From assembly GCA_965222375.1 (NCBI GenBank), contig CBDCTZ010000014.1:832001-896000 (forward strand): a DNA stretch of 64,000 nt, read 5' to 3'. Positions within the stretch are counted from its first letter, which is position 1. Each line of letters opens with the position of its first letter. A program made the position numbers and the translations under genes. A model generated the notes under the pieces. The model worked only from the letters and a program-made list of their open reading frames with translations, was not told the DNA's origin and made no database searches. Origin of the DNA: Polyangiaceae bacterium. Its GTDB lineage: Bacteria; Myxococcota_A; Polyangia; Polyangiales; Polyangiaceae. Below are positions 1-9,655 of this stretch, in pieces.

Positions 1-414
1 ATAGTTTTCGCCAACGTCACGACATTGCGCAGACAACCTCAGCGCCGGCGCACCGGCGGAGGTGCGGATGTGGCGGGCCCCCCAAGGCCCGCCCGCATCG
101 CAGCCCTGTCTAGTCGACACGACCTCAGTCGCCGGCGCGAATCTCCGCAACTCAGCACCGCGGTCGGCCGACAAAGTGTTCCCGCCCCGATGGGTGGGCG
201 CCGTACAGATTTCGCGCAACTGAAGTCTCCAGCGTGCCGACCAAGTTGCCCACCCGCCCTGGGACCTTGGGCTCAGCACGTAGAACCAGTCCTCTCCCTA
301 TCAGCCCACGTACAACGCCGACTCGGCCGTCAGCCGCAGGAACCCAGCGCCCTCGCGTGGCCTATTTCGAGAGTAGTGGCCCTGGTTGCGAAAGCGATGC
401 GACCCAAAAAAAAC

Positions 415-617
415 AAATCATCCAATCAAGCGCCGCGTGCGAAGTCTGGGCTCGACCGAGCGCGCCCATCCATGCAGCTGCATGAGTGCCCAAAGCAAAG
501 CAGCGCCATTCCGTTCGTGCGCCAGCATCGGCACGGTGGTTCCAAAACCATCCAATTAGGCGCCGCGTGCGCAGGTTGAGCACGCACGAGCGCGTCGACC
601 CGCGCAGCGGAGTGAGT
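415..617. repeat. Degenerate direct repeat, two copies 130 bp apart
   Basis: 415-464 aligns to 545-594 without gaps at 40/50 identity (AAAYCATCCAATYARGCGCCGCGTGCG...). Weaker similarity continues to 487/617. Confidence 0.7.
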
Positions 618-697
618 ATGGGAATCCGCGAGTGGCAGCGGTCGCCACCTTGCCCCTCGGCGCCCTCCCCCGCAATGCTCCGGCGACATCCAAGGTG

Positions 698-1132
698 TCA
701 CGGCAGCAGCTTGGGGCCATAGCTGCCACAACCCGTGATTTCCGCCATCGCCTGGGTCTCGATGCCGCCGCCGCGGCAATCGAGGTCCAGCGTCACCTTC
801 AACGCGCCAGGGTCCGATACGGGGCCGGAAAAATGAATGCTACCGCAGCCCCGACCCGCATTGAGCGGGAAGTCGTGCCCATCGCTGAAGCTGACCGCAA
901 CTCCATCCGCGTCGCTGAAGGATAGGCGCCGCTTGGCGGCATCGACCAAGGTGACCGACCGCGTCACGCTCGCGGCGCCACCGCCCATGTCCATCTTCAC
1001 TTCGGCGACGTTGCACTGCTCGGCGGTGAAAGGAGCTCCGTTGACGGTGATGGTTCCGTTGACTCCATGCTTCGACTTGCAGGCTAAGAGTGCACCCAGC
1101 AGTAGCGCGACAGTGCAGAGTTCGGTCTTCAT
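698..1132 (-). CDS. Hypothetical lipoprotein
   Basis: MKTELCTVALLLGALLAC lipobox-like signal. ATG overlaps the TGA of the upstream gene (ATGA at 1129-1132). Confidence 0.75.
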   Translation of the reverse strand: MKTELCTVALLLGALLACKSKHGVNGTITVNGAPFTAEQCNVAEVKMDMGGGAASVTRSVTLVDAAKRRLSFSDADGVAVSFSDGHDFPLNAGRGCGSIHFSGPVSDPGALKVTLDLDCRGGGIETQAMAEITGCGSYGPKLLP

Positions 1133-1515
1133 GTCGCTGTCACCCGGCTGCTGAGGCCCGCGAGCACCAGAACCATGGCGCCAAAGGCCGTCAGCCACAG
1201 GCCCGCGAAGGTCGTGCGCCATAGCAGGTAGACGAGTTCGAAAAGCGCCCAGACGAAAAAGCCGCCACCCACCCAAACGCCCAGGTTGGCGGCGAGTCGC
1301 CGGTGGAAGAAGGACGCCAGCAGCGCGGCGATGGCGCCTACGGGAAGCAAGTACAGGGCATAGAACGCCACGCCCCGGGACTTCATGGTGGAGATCAGCT
1401 GCCAGCCGTCGATGAACACGCCCGCGCCTAGGCCGCGGAGGCCCAGCCAACCCATACAAAATCCTACCAAAACCAGTGCGGCGCCAGCGAGGACGCCGAT
1501 GTTCGTGCGTTGCAT
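1129..1515 (-). CDS. Small membrane protein, about 4 TM helices
   Basis: 128-aa ORF with four hydrophobic stretches, divergent from a LysR gene. Confidence 0.8.
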   Translation of the reverse strand: MQRTNIGVLAGAALVLVGFCMGWLGLRGLGAGVFIDGWQLISTMKSRGVAFYALYLLPVGAIAALLASFFHRRLAANLGVWVGGGFFVWALFELVYLLWRTTFAGLWLTAFGAMVLVLAGLSSRVTAT

Positions 1516-1552
1516 GGCCCTATCTACGCAGGCTCACGTCGAATCCTCCTGG

Positions 1553-1573
1553 ATTAATAATGCCACTATTAAT
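1553..1573. promoter_or_regulatory. Candidate LysR operator (inverted repeat)
   Basis: ATTAATA-N7-TATTAAT perfect inverted repeat in the AT-rich 69-bp gap between divergent genes. Confidence 0.65.
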
Positions 1574-1584
1574 AAGCTATACTT

Positions 1585-2454
1585 ATGAATCTGGGACGCC
1601 TGGAAGGCTTCTACTGGGTCGCCAAGGAGCGTGGCTACACTCGAGCCGCCAAGGCCTTCCCGTATCCCATCAGCCAGCCCGGCGTGTACCAACAGGTGAA
1701 GAAGCTGGAGGCCGAGTTGGGCGCGGCGCTGTTTGAACGCGTTGCGAAAGACGAAGTGTGCCTCACCGCAGCCGGGGAGCGCTTGTTCGGCTTTTGCCGG
1801 CCCTTCTTCGAGCAGTTGCCGCGCATAGTGGACGCGATCCGCAGCGAGCGCATGGGAGGCTTGCTTCGAATTGACGCTTCTGGATTGGTGCTACGCGGGC
1901 TGCTGCCGGGTTGGGTGCGTGAGCTTCGCCGGCTTCGACCGGACATCTTGGTGGACGTGCAGGAGCTTCAGGTCGTCGACTTCGAGCGTTTGCGGGTCGG
2001 GGCAGCGCATCTGATCGTCGATCATTGCGAGCAATTCCCGAGTGACGTCGAGCATCGCAAGGTCGCTACGAGCTACGCGTTTCTGGTCGTGCCCACCGAG
2101 CACCGCAGCGTGCGCCGCGGAGATCTTGCCGGCCTTGCTGAGCTGCCCTTCGTCAGCTATCACCCCACGCTTCCTCACTACGGCCTACAGATGCGCGCCC
2201 TCGAAGAGCACGTCGGCGTTCCCCGTCGCACCGTCTCGGCCAGCTCCGTGGACGCCATTTTGGCCTTCGTGGCCGCGGGGCTCGGGTTTTCGGTCGTTCC
2301 CTGGCTCGATCGCCGGGGTCCGTCTGTTGTCGGCGTAGCCTCCAAACGCATGACGGGGCCGGGCACGCGCTTTCCCATCGTGGCCATGTGGCGACGGGGA
2401 GAGCACCCCTTGGTCCAAAGTGCTCTGACTGCGATGCGCCCCGCTAAAGGATGA
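1585..2454 (+). CDS. LysR-family transcriptional regulator
   Basis: N-terminal HTH (YTRAAKAFPYPISQPGVYQQVKKLEAELGAALFER) and C-terminal VAAGLGFSVVP. Confidence 0.93.
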   Translation: MNLGRLEGFYWVAKERGYTRAAKAFPYPISQPGVYQQVKKLEAELGAALFERVAKDEVCLTAAGERLFGFCRPFFEQLPRIVDAIRSERMGGLLRIDASGLVLRGLLPGWVRELRRLRPDILVDVQELQVVDFERLRVGAAHLIVDHCEQFPSDVEHRKVATSYAFLVVPTEHRSVRRGDLAGLAELPFVSYHPTLPHYGLQMRALEEHVGVPRRTVSASSVDAILAFVAAGLGFSVVPWLDRRGPSVVGVASKRMTGPGTRFPIVAMWRRGEHPLVQSALTAMRPAKG

Positions 2455-3373
2455 AGAAGACGGCTGCCAGCGCCGCCCGGGCGCCGGCACTGGGCGTTTC
2501 GAACACGCGCTCTCCCGTATCGAAACTGAAGCTGTGGCGACCCAGAGGTAGCAGCAGAAACAACTCTGCACTCAGGGCAAACCTCGGCGTGACGACAAAG
2601 CGTCCCCGGGTGCCCGCCCCAACGGCCAGGGTCACTCGCGAGGAATCCTTTGGAAAGCTGACGCCGCGCGCCTCGGCGCTCAGGGATGCGATCTTGAAGC
2701 TGAGGCAGGGTACGAGCGAGAGATTAGTGCCGAAGCGCAGCGGGCACGCGTCGACGGCCGTGCCCCAAGTCGTCAGATCTGCCGAGCCTACGGAGCCCCG
2801 CGCCGTGGCCGAGTGGCGGTAGCCGTGAAGCACCATGGACGGAGCAAAACCCTCTCCGGGAGCCTCGAGGGTCAGCAGGCCGCCGATTCCCACGGCGCCA
2901 TCCGGACCCACCGTGGATCGATAGGGCAGCGACAGGCCCACGCCGAAACGAAGCGGCTCCCGCTTGATGGGTTTGGGTTTGGGGTTTGGGGAGGTTTGTG
3001 GCTCCTTGGCTGGCGGGGTCTGACCCGCCTCGCGCTCCACGTCTTCCACGGACAGCGCGGCGCTCAGGGCGAGGGCGTCGACAAGCTCGGAGCAAGAAGC
3101 GGCCGAGAGCGTACGCACGCGCAAAGTGTTGCGCGTCGTGACTCGCACGGTGCCGCGGTATTCAGCACCGCCCTTTTCCACGCGAACCTGCGTCGTGTAG
3201 GAGCCCGGCTGATCTTCGCCCAACCTCTGGCGCAACTTGCGATCGAAATCCTCGCGCGGCGGGCAGCCTTCGGCCACGACGTAGGTCTCGTCGCCTGCGG
3301 CAGCGCGAGGCGCGCAAAGCAGCGCACTGGCAAGGGCCAGTGCGGATAGGGCAATCCGCCCGCGACAGTGCAC
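2444..3373 (-). CDS. Hypothetical exported protein (myxobacterial type)
   Basis: Signal peptide, N-terminal GCP...CSELVDALAL domain, Pro linker and a beta-rich C-terminus. Confidence 0.75.
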   Translation of the reverse strand: MHCRGRIALSALALASALLCAPRAAAGDETYVVAEGCPPREDFDRKLRQRLGEDQPGSYTTQVRVEKGGAEYRGTVRVTTRNTLRVRTLSAASCSELVDALALSAALSVEDVEREAGQTPPAKEPQTSPNPKPKPIKREPLRFGVGLSLPYRSTVGPDGAVGIGGLLTLEAPGEGFAPSMVLHGYRHSATARGSVGSADLTTWGTAVDACPLRFGTNLSLVPCLSFKIASLSAEARGVSFPKDSSRVTLAVGAGTRGRFVVTPRFALSAELFLLLPLGRHSFSFDTGERVFETPSAGARAALAAVFFIL

Positions 3374-3438
3374 GGCCGCAGGCTAGTACGCTCCATGGTG
3401 CGCTTGCACGCGGCGACTCTTCACCGTAGGCAGAGAGC

Positions 3439-3894
3439 ATGCGGCGCCGCGTCTTCCTGAGCTTGATCCTGCTGGCTGCGGCAAGCTGTCAGAAGAGCCC
3501 CCCGGGCGGAAGCGAGCCGACGGTGAGCGTGCCCACGGCGTCGGGACAGCCGAAAGCTGCAGAGCAGGCTGCGCCTCCGCGTCGCAAGCCCCCTCAGGTT
3601 CCGCGTAGCGAGTGGCGCGACGGACTCGAAGTGACGGCGGTGGGCCGGATTTCGGATACGCCCTGGCAGCATGTGATGGGGGTGGTGCCCGGGAAGAACG
3701 CTGAGTACTTCGATCTGGCCCCTGACGACCAGACCGTGATCTACGTCGCTGGCAAGCTGGAGTGCTCCGGCAAGCTCGAGGTCGAAGGGCGCGTAAAAGA
3801 AGTTTCCGCGGGAAGCAAGCGCCCGTCCAAGACGGGACCACAACGCTACACCGAGAATCACATCGACGTGACGCGCCACCGTTGCTTGCCCTGA
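3439..3894 (+). CDS. Hypothetical lipoprotein
   Basis: MRRRVFLSLILLAAASC lipobox; GC3-biased codons. Confidence 0.75.
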   Translation: MRRRVFLSLILLAAASCQKSPPGGSEPTVSVPTASGQPKAAEQAAPPRRKPPQVPRSEWRDGLEVTAVGRISDTPWQHVMGVVPGKNAEYFDLAPDDQTVIYVAGKLECSGKLEVEGRVKEVSAGSKRPSKTGPQRYTENHIDVTRHRCLP

Positions 3895-3939
3895 ATTCCT
3901 GACGCTGATTTGCTCGAAGCTCGTCAGTTTCGCCTGGGC

Positions 3940-4641
3940 CTACTTGCATTGAAAGTTCGAGCACTTGCCGCTGATGCACTCGCTGGAGCGCACGCAGGCT
4001 CCGCCTGCGGAGAGCGGCTTGGAGCACTGATTCAGCTTCCAGTTGCAGATCCCGCTGGAGCACTCCTTGTCGCGGGCACAGGGTGAGCCGGACGCAGCCG
4101 GGCTGCTGCACTGGTCCAGTTTCCAATTGCACAGCGCCGACTTGCATTCCTTGTCCCGCCCGCAGGGCTGGCCAGTTTCGAGCGGAGTGATGCAATGCGA
4201 GAGCTTTTGGCCGCACAGGCCGGTTGGGCACTCGCTATCGAAGAAGCATGGCTGAGTGCTGGTGCCGCCCCCGGTCGCGCCGCTGCCGCCGCTGCCGCCA
4301 GTCGCGCTGCTGCCGCCGGAACCAGCGGCGCCACTTCCGCCCGCGCCGCTGCCGCCAGTCGCGCCGTCGCCTCCTGATCCGCTCGCGCCACTGCTGCCCG
4401 CGGCGCCCGCGCCTCCGGCGCCGCTGGTGGCACCAGTTCCGCCCCCGCCCACTGCGTCGGTGCCGCTGCTACCCGCTGCGCCGGCCGCGCCCGCGGCCGC
4501 CGCGTTACCAGCAGCGCCGCCGGCCCCGGCGGCGCCGCTGGCGCCCCCGGTGGCGTACAGGTCTCCATCTGTGGAGCCGCCACACGCGACGCTCAAAAGA
4601 CCTATCAGCGCCGAACCCAAGAACAAGTATTTGCCTGCCAT
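3940..4641 (-). CDS. Cys-rich repeat lipoprotein with Gly-rich linker
   Basis: LSVAC lipobox, G/S/A linker, four repeats of CxxxxECxxxxC (e.g. PCGRDKECKSALCNWKLDQC, PCARDKECSSGICNWKLNQC). Confidence 0.8.
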   Translation of the reverse strand: MAGKYLFLGSALIGLLSVACGGSTDGDLYATGGASGAAGAGGAAGNAAAAGAAGAAGSSGTDAVGGGGTGATSGAGGAGAAGSSGASGSGGDGATGGSGAGGSGAAGSGGSSATGGSGGSGATGGGTSTQPCFFDSECPTGLCGQKLSHCITPLETGQPCGRDKECKSALCNWKLDQCSSPAASGSPCARDKECSSGICNWKLNQCSKPLSAGGACVRSSECISGKCSNFQCK

Positions 4642-4740
4642 CTGCCTGGGAGTGCTCGGGGCGCGCTGGATTGATCACAAAAAGTGATCTCCGGCCTCGA
4701 TGCATCGACAGACCCGGCAAAGGGCGGCACGCTGAGCGTC

Positions 4741-6186
4741 ATGCGCTTCGCGATTCTAGCCGGGCTCTTGGTGCTCTCCTGTGGCTCCGATGATGGTGGG
4801 ACGGCTTCCAATACGGGCGGTGCGTCTGCGGGGGGCGGCGCGGCTGGAAGCAGCGGCGCCGGAACGGGTGGGAGCGCCGCCGGCGGCAGCGGCGGCGCCG
4901 CTGCCACCGGCGGCGCTAGCAGCGGTGGAACGTCGAGCGGCGGTAGCGCCGGCAGCGCCACCGGCGGAGCCGGCGGCGCGCCCGCGGGCGTCGACCCGAA
5001 CAGCATCGACAAGAAACTGCTATACGGCTACCAGGGCTGGTTCGCCTGCAAGGGTGATGGGTCACCGACGGATCGCTGGGTGCATTGGTTCAAGAACGGA
5101 TCGCCAGATCCCGCGAACCTCACCTTCGAGATGTGGCCGGATCTGACGGAGTTTGCTGACAGCGAGCTCTTTCCAACCAATCTGACTCTGGCGGGCAAGC
5201 CCGCCAAACTCTACTCGGCGTGGACCGAGGCCAGCGTCGTGCGTCACTTCGCTTGGATGAAGACCGCCGGAATCGATGGCGTGTTCTTGCAGCGCTTCGT
5301 GTCGGAGCTCAAGGACCCCAAGTTCAAGGCGTTGCGCGACAAGGTGGCGAAGAGTGTGATGAAGGGCGCCCTCGACAACGGTCGAGTCTTCGCAGTCATG
5401 TACGACATCTCCGGTGCCAACGCTGCGACCCTGTCAGCAGATCTGAAACAGGACTGGGCCTACTTGGTCAACACGCTGAAGGTGACCGCCAGCCCCCGCT
5501 ATCTGAAACACGCTGGCAAGCCGGTGCTCGCGATCTGGGGCTACGGCTTTTCCGATCGACCCGGCACGCCGGCTGAGGTCAGCGCTCTGCAGAAACACTT
5601 CCAATCCCAAGCACCCGCTGCGGAGCAAGTCACGCTGATGGGCGGCGTGCCGACCAATTGGCGGACTCTCCAAAACGACTCGAAGACGGATCCCGCGTGG
5701 CTGCCCGTCTACCGCAGCTACGACATCCTCAGCCCCTGGGCCGTGGGGCGCTTCGCGGACGACGCCGGCGCAGACAACTTCAAGAACAAGTACATCGTGC
5801 CGGATCTCGCGGACGCGAAGAGCAACGGCTTCACCTACATGCCCGTGGTTTGGCCCGGCTTCTCTTGGAAGAACCTGAACGGCGGTCCCCTCAACCAGAT
5901 CCCGCGTCGAGCTGGCAAGTTCTGGTGGCGCCAGGTCTACAACGCGGTCAGCGCCGGCGTGCCGACCATCTACGGAGCCATGTTCGACGAGGTCGACGAG
6001 GCCACGGCCATGTTCAAGCTCGCGCCGACCGCCGCCCAGGCTCCGAGTCAAGGCACCTTCCTGCCCCTGGACGCCGACGGCACGGCACTCTCCAGCGACT
6101 TCTACTTGCGTTTGGGTGGGGACGGCGCGCGGATGCTTCGGGGCCAATTGCCCGTGAGTCCCAACGCGCCTACTTCGCCGAAGTAG
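4741..6186 (+). CDS. Glycoside hydrolase family 71/99-like lipoprotein
   Basis: Lipobox LVLSC, Gly linker, motifs GYQGWF, GIDGVFLQRF, PVVWPGFSW and MFDEVDEATA. Confidence 0.8.
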   Translation: MRFAILAGLLVLSCGSDDGGTASNTGGASAGGGAAGSSGAGTGGSAAGGSGGAAATGGASSGGTSSGGSAGSATGGAGGAPAGVDPNSIDKKLLYGYQGWFACKGDGSPTDRWVHWFKNGSPDPANLTFEMWPDLTEFADSELFPTNLTLAGKPAKLYSAWTEASVVRHFAWMKTAGIDGVFLQRFVSELKDPKFKALRDKVAKSVMKGALDNGRVFAVMYDISGANAATLSADLKQDWAYLVNTLKVTASPRYLKHAGKPVLAIWGYGFSDRPGTPAEVSALQKHFQSQAPAAEQVTLMGGVPTNWRTLQNDSKTDPAWLPVYRSYDILSPWAVGRFADDAGADNFKNKYIVPDLADAKSNGFTYMPVVWPGFSWKNLNGGPLNQIPRRAGKFWWRQVYNAVSAGVPTIYGAMFDEVDEATAMFKLAPTAAQAPSQGTFLPLDADGTALSSDFYLRLGGDGARMLRGQLPVSPNAPTSPK

Positions 6187-6188
6187 CT

Positions 6189-7346
6189 TCAGGCTGACTG
6201 GGGCACAGCTTGGGCGGCTGACTGGGCGAGTTGGTAGAAGGCACGCCGCAGCACCGGGGGATGGGGACCTCCGGAAGCCGCAGTGGCAACGACGCAGGCG
6301 GCCCGGGGAGAGCCATGTTGCATGAAGAATTCGGCCAACTCGGCAACGCTATTGGCCGTGTGGTTGGGAAACGCTGGTTGTGTCAACAGGGACGCGATGT
6401 CCTCCAATGCTTCCATGCTCGGGCCCTGATGCTTCAGGATAGTCTTCTGCTTTTCCAAATGTGCATAGGTGGCTAGGCGCTCCGCCACCCATTCGGCCGA
6501 ATGAGATTGCTCTGGCAGCATGTCCAATTCGAACCTGCGCGGCAATTGTGCAGGGGCGCCGCGATCTAGCTCGGCGACCACGAACAGTGCACCTCGGTCG
6601 AGAACGCGAACGGGCGTCAGCCCCGCCCGCTTGCACAGCGCGGGCAGTGTGTTTGGGCTGAAGGAAAACAGATGCACGTTCTGAAAAAAGTTCTCTTCCA
6701 ACAGACCGTAGGGTTGGTACAGGTTCGGGACTTCCAGCACCAGCTTGCCGCCGGGCGCTAGCAGCTCTCGCAATCGCAGCAATTGCTCGAGGGGCTCATG
6801 GAAGTGTTCCAGCACGTGAAAGAGTTGGATCTGATCGAATCTTTCCTCGCTATCGAACTCCTCCAGCGTTCCCGTGAAGCAATCCACTCCAGCGGCGCGG
6901 GCTTGGGCGGCTTCCGCCGGCCCCGGTTCGATGCCGAAGGCGGCGATGCCCATGCGCTGTTTCATCAACTCCAGGGTGCGGCCGTGACGGCACCCCACTT
7001 CGAGTACCCGCGCTCCCTGCCGCGCGCCGCCCAGGGCAAGGGAGTTTTCGGCTTGGCCACCGTGCCAAGCGTCCAGGGCCTCGGCGTAGCCGGGCTCGCC
7101 CACTCCGGCGGTGCCTCCGCCGGCGACCGGGTAGCGCACATCTCCGTAGTGCTCGCGGTAAGTGCCTCGGTAGTACGCCATCATCGCGTCGTGGTCTGGC
7201 CGGGGGGTGACGTAGACCAGGCCGCAGTGGCAGCACGCGACGTTACGTACTTGCATGCCAAAGCGGCCGCGCTGTCCGACGACAACGCCGGATTGGGATG
7301 ACTCGCAGAGGGGACAGACAGGTGACTCAGTGTCCTCGGGGATCAT
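6189..7346 (-). CDS. Class I SAM-dependent methyltransferase
   Basis: N-terminal CPLC...CCHCG, motif I VLEVGCRHG, FHVLEH and PGGKLVLEVPN. Confidence 0.88.
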   Translation of the reverse strand: MIPEDTESPVCPLCESSQSGVVVGQRGRFGMQVRNVACCHCGLVYVTPRPDHDAMMAYYRGTYREHYGDVRYPVAGGGTAGVGEPGYAEALDAWHGGQAENSLALGGARQGARVLEVGCRHGRTLELMKQRMGIAAFGIEPGPAEAAQARAAGVDCFTGTLEEFDSEERFDQIQLFHVLEHFHEPLEQLLRLRELLAPGGKLVLEVPNLYQPYGLLEENFFQNVHLFSFSPNTLPALCKRAGLTPVRVLDRGALFVVAELDRGAPAQLPRRFELDMLPEQSHSAEWVAERLATYAHLEKQKTILKHQGPSMEALEDIASLLTQPAFPNHTANSVAELAEFFMQHGSPRAACVVATAASGGPHPPVLRRAFYQLAQSAAQAVPQSA

Positions 7347-7642
7347 GGAAGAGCTGGCGGGTGCAAGTCTCGGGCCCCGCCGAGATTTGCGTCCGGGGTG
7401 TGCCCAGCGACTGCCGGGATGTTCGAAGATTGGCGCCTGGGCGGCTGGGGCGTCAACCTGCTGACTCTGAGGGTCAGGACGCGGCGTCGTCGTTCTGCCA
7501 GGGCAGCAGAGCGGTTATCCGTTCCGCGAGGGCCGAGAGCATGGAAAGCTCTGGAGTCGAAGCAAGCGTTTCGTCTGCGCCTTGCTGTGATGGCGGGGTG
7601 TGACCGGCGCGCGGCGCTGCTCCGGGTTAAGATGCGCCCGCC

Positions 7643-9643
7643 ATGGATAGTCGGAAAGAAGGACGAACCCACCATCCAGCGCGCGCAGCCGGGGATGCCG
7701 CGCTGAGCGAAGCGGAGACGCTGCTCAAAGACGGCGGCGAAGCGGAGACGCTGGTTCGAGACGTTGCTGTTCCCAAGCGCGTCACCAAACGCAGTGAAGG
7801 CGTGCAGGCGGGTGACGCCCTCGCGCCCACGCTGGCTCACGATTCGGACGCGAGTTCCAGCGAGCCGAAGGTGGTGGACGCGGGCCCCGTCTCTTTCGAT
7901 ACGGCGCGGCGCTACGAGGATCGCAAGCTGCTCGGCGCCGGGGGCATGGGAGAGGTGCGCCTGTGCGCAGACGAGTTCGTGGGTCGCGACGTGGCTATGA
8001 AGGTGATGCGCAAGGGGCCGGGCTCGACGGGAAGCGCGCGGGCGCGCTTCTTGAGAGAGGCTCGCGTGCAGGGCCAATTGGAGCATCCGAGCATCGTGCC
8101 GGTCTACGACATCGGACGTGACCCAGGGGGCAACGCGTTCTTCACCATGAAACGCGTCAAGGGCCACACCTTCGAAGAGATCATCGTGGGGCTCCGGGAA
8201 GGTGTGCCGCACATCACCGAAGAATACAGTCGTCGGAAGTTGCTCTCGGCGCTGTCCCAGGTGTGCTTGGCCCTGGAGCTGGCGCATCGCCGTGGCGTCG
8301 TACATCGGGATCTCAAGCCAGCGAACATCATGCTGGGCGACTACGGTGAGGTCTACGTGCTGGATTGGGGCGTCGCGAAGATCCTCGGCGAGGCGGATCT
8401 TTCCCTGGATTCCCCGGAAACCTCAGAAGCCCCAATCGACCAAACCGCGGCGGGATCCCTCGTGGGCACTCCGGGCTATATGGCACCGGAACAGGCCATG
8501 GGGGACGTGGAACACATCGGTCCCGCATCGGATGTGTTTTCTCTGGGCGTGATTCTCTTCGAATTGCTCACTCATCAGAGCTTCGTTGCCGGCAAGACCG
8601 TCCAAGACTTGCTGGTGCAGACCATGCGCGGGGTGGACGCTTCACCCATGAGCCGAGCGCCCGACGCTGAGGTAGGGCCCGAACTCGATGCTATCTGCGT
8701 CAAGGCCTGCGCCGTCGACCCCGCGGAGCGGTTTGTTTCGGCACGCGAACTTCACGACGCCATCGAGGACGTGCTGGATGGCGAGCAAGATGCCGAGAAG
8801 CGTCAACAGCTGTCCCAACAGCACGTGGACCAAGCGGAGGAGATCCTCGCGGCGGAAACGGTGACCGAAGACGCTCAGGCCCGCGCCATGCAGGAGCTGA
8901 CCCGCGCCTTGGCCTTGAATCCTGGCAACCGCGATGCCCTGTCCGTCCTGACCCAATGGGTGACGTCTTCGACCCGAGAGCTGCCACCGGAGGCGGAAGC
9001 TGCGCTCAAGGAGGTAGAGCGCAAGGATCGCGCCCGCTCCGCCAAGCGAATGGGCGTGGGTTTCTTGAGTTGGTTCCTGCTCGCACCACTCTTTCTCTGG
9101 TTGGGCGTGCGCAGTTGGGTGTGTGTATTGATGACTGAAGCGGCGGTCGTGCTCGTCGTCGTGTACGCGCTCTGGATGAGCAAGACGGGCAAAGCGGGGC
9201 CGAAGTACATGCGCTGGGGCATCACACTGACCTTCATCCTAATCGGCTGCACCAGTTTGTTGTTCGGACCCCTCATCTTGACCCCGGGTATCGCCGCAAC
9301 GGCCGCCGCGGTGCTCGTCATCAGCATTCGCGCGAATCGGCTGACCCGCCGCTACGTGCTTCTACTGTCCGTCGCAAGCGTCATGGTGCCCCTGGGTCTG
9401 CAGCTCGCGGGCTGGATGGAACCGAGCTATGCGGTCGAAAACGGCAAGATCGTGCTGCTGCCGGCGGCAATGAACCTCCCGCCGGTCGGAGCCATGATCT
9501 TTCTATCCGTGGCCACCGCCCTCCAGTTGATCCTGGCGGTGCTGCTAATCGGCGGCGGCGTAGAACAACTAGTCCACGCCGAACGCAACAATTTCGGCCA
9601 AGCCTGGCGCCTCAAGCGCCTGCTTCCCTCGCACCAGGGCTAG
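7643..9643 (+). CDS. Ser/Thr protein kinase with C-terminal multi-pass membrane region
   Basis: GAGGMGEV, VAMK, HRDLKPAN, DWG and GTPGYMAPE motifs; about 6 hydrophobic helices at the C-terminus. Confidence 0.95.
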   Translation: MDSRKEGRTHHPARAAGDAALSEAETLLKDGGEAETLVRDVAVPKRVTKRSEGVQAGDALAPTLAHDSDASSSEPKVVDAGPVSFDTARRYEDRKLLGAGGMGEVRLCADEFVGRDVAMKVMRKGPGSTGSARARFLREARVQGQLEHPSIVPVYDIGRDPGGNAFFTMKRVKGHTFEEIIVGLREGVPHITEEYSRRKLLSALSQVCLALELAHRRGVVHRDLKPANIMLGDYGEVYVLDWGVAKILGEADLSLDSPETSEAPIDQTAAGSLVGTPGYMAPEQAMGDVEHIGPASDVFSLGVILFELLTHQSFVAGKTVQDLLVQTMRGVDASPMSRAPDAEVGPELDAICVKACAVDPAERFVSARELHDAIEDVLDGEQDAEKRQQLSQQHVDQAEEILAAETVTEDAQARAMQELTRALALNPGNRDALSVLTQWVTSSTRELPPEAEAALKEVERKDRARSAKRMGVGFLSWFLLAPLFLWLGVRSWVCVLMTEAAVVLVVVYALWMSKTGKAGPKYMRWGITLTFILIGCTSLLFGPLILTPGIAATAAAVLVISIRANRLTRRYVLLLSVASVMVPLGLQLAGWMEPSYAVENGKIVLLPAAMNLPPVGAMIFLSVATALQLILAVLLIGGGVEQLVHAERNNFGQAWRLKRLLPSHQG

Positions 9644-9655
9644 CCGATTGAACAC

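Noticed and set aside
25..579. 184-aa ORF at window start
   Set aside because: TTG start, no GC3 bias evident, contains an A8 run and has no recognisable motif.
4224..5012. Pro-rich ORFs opposite Gly-rich linkers (also near 11.5-12.2, 13.5-14.0 and 43.6-44.1 kb)
   Set aside because: Reverse-complement readings of GGC-rich lipoprotein linkers.
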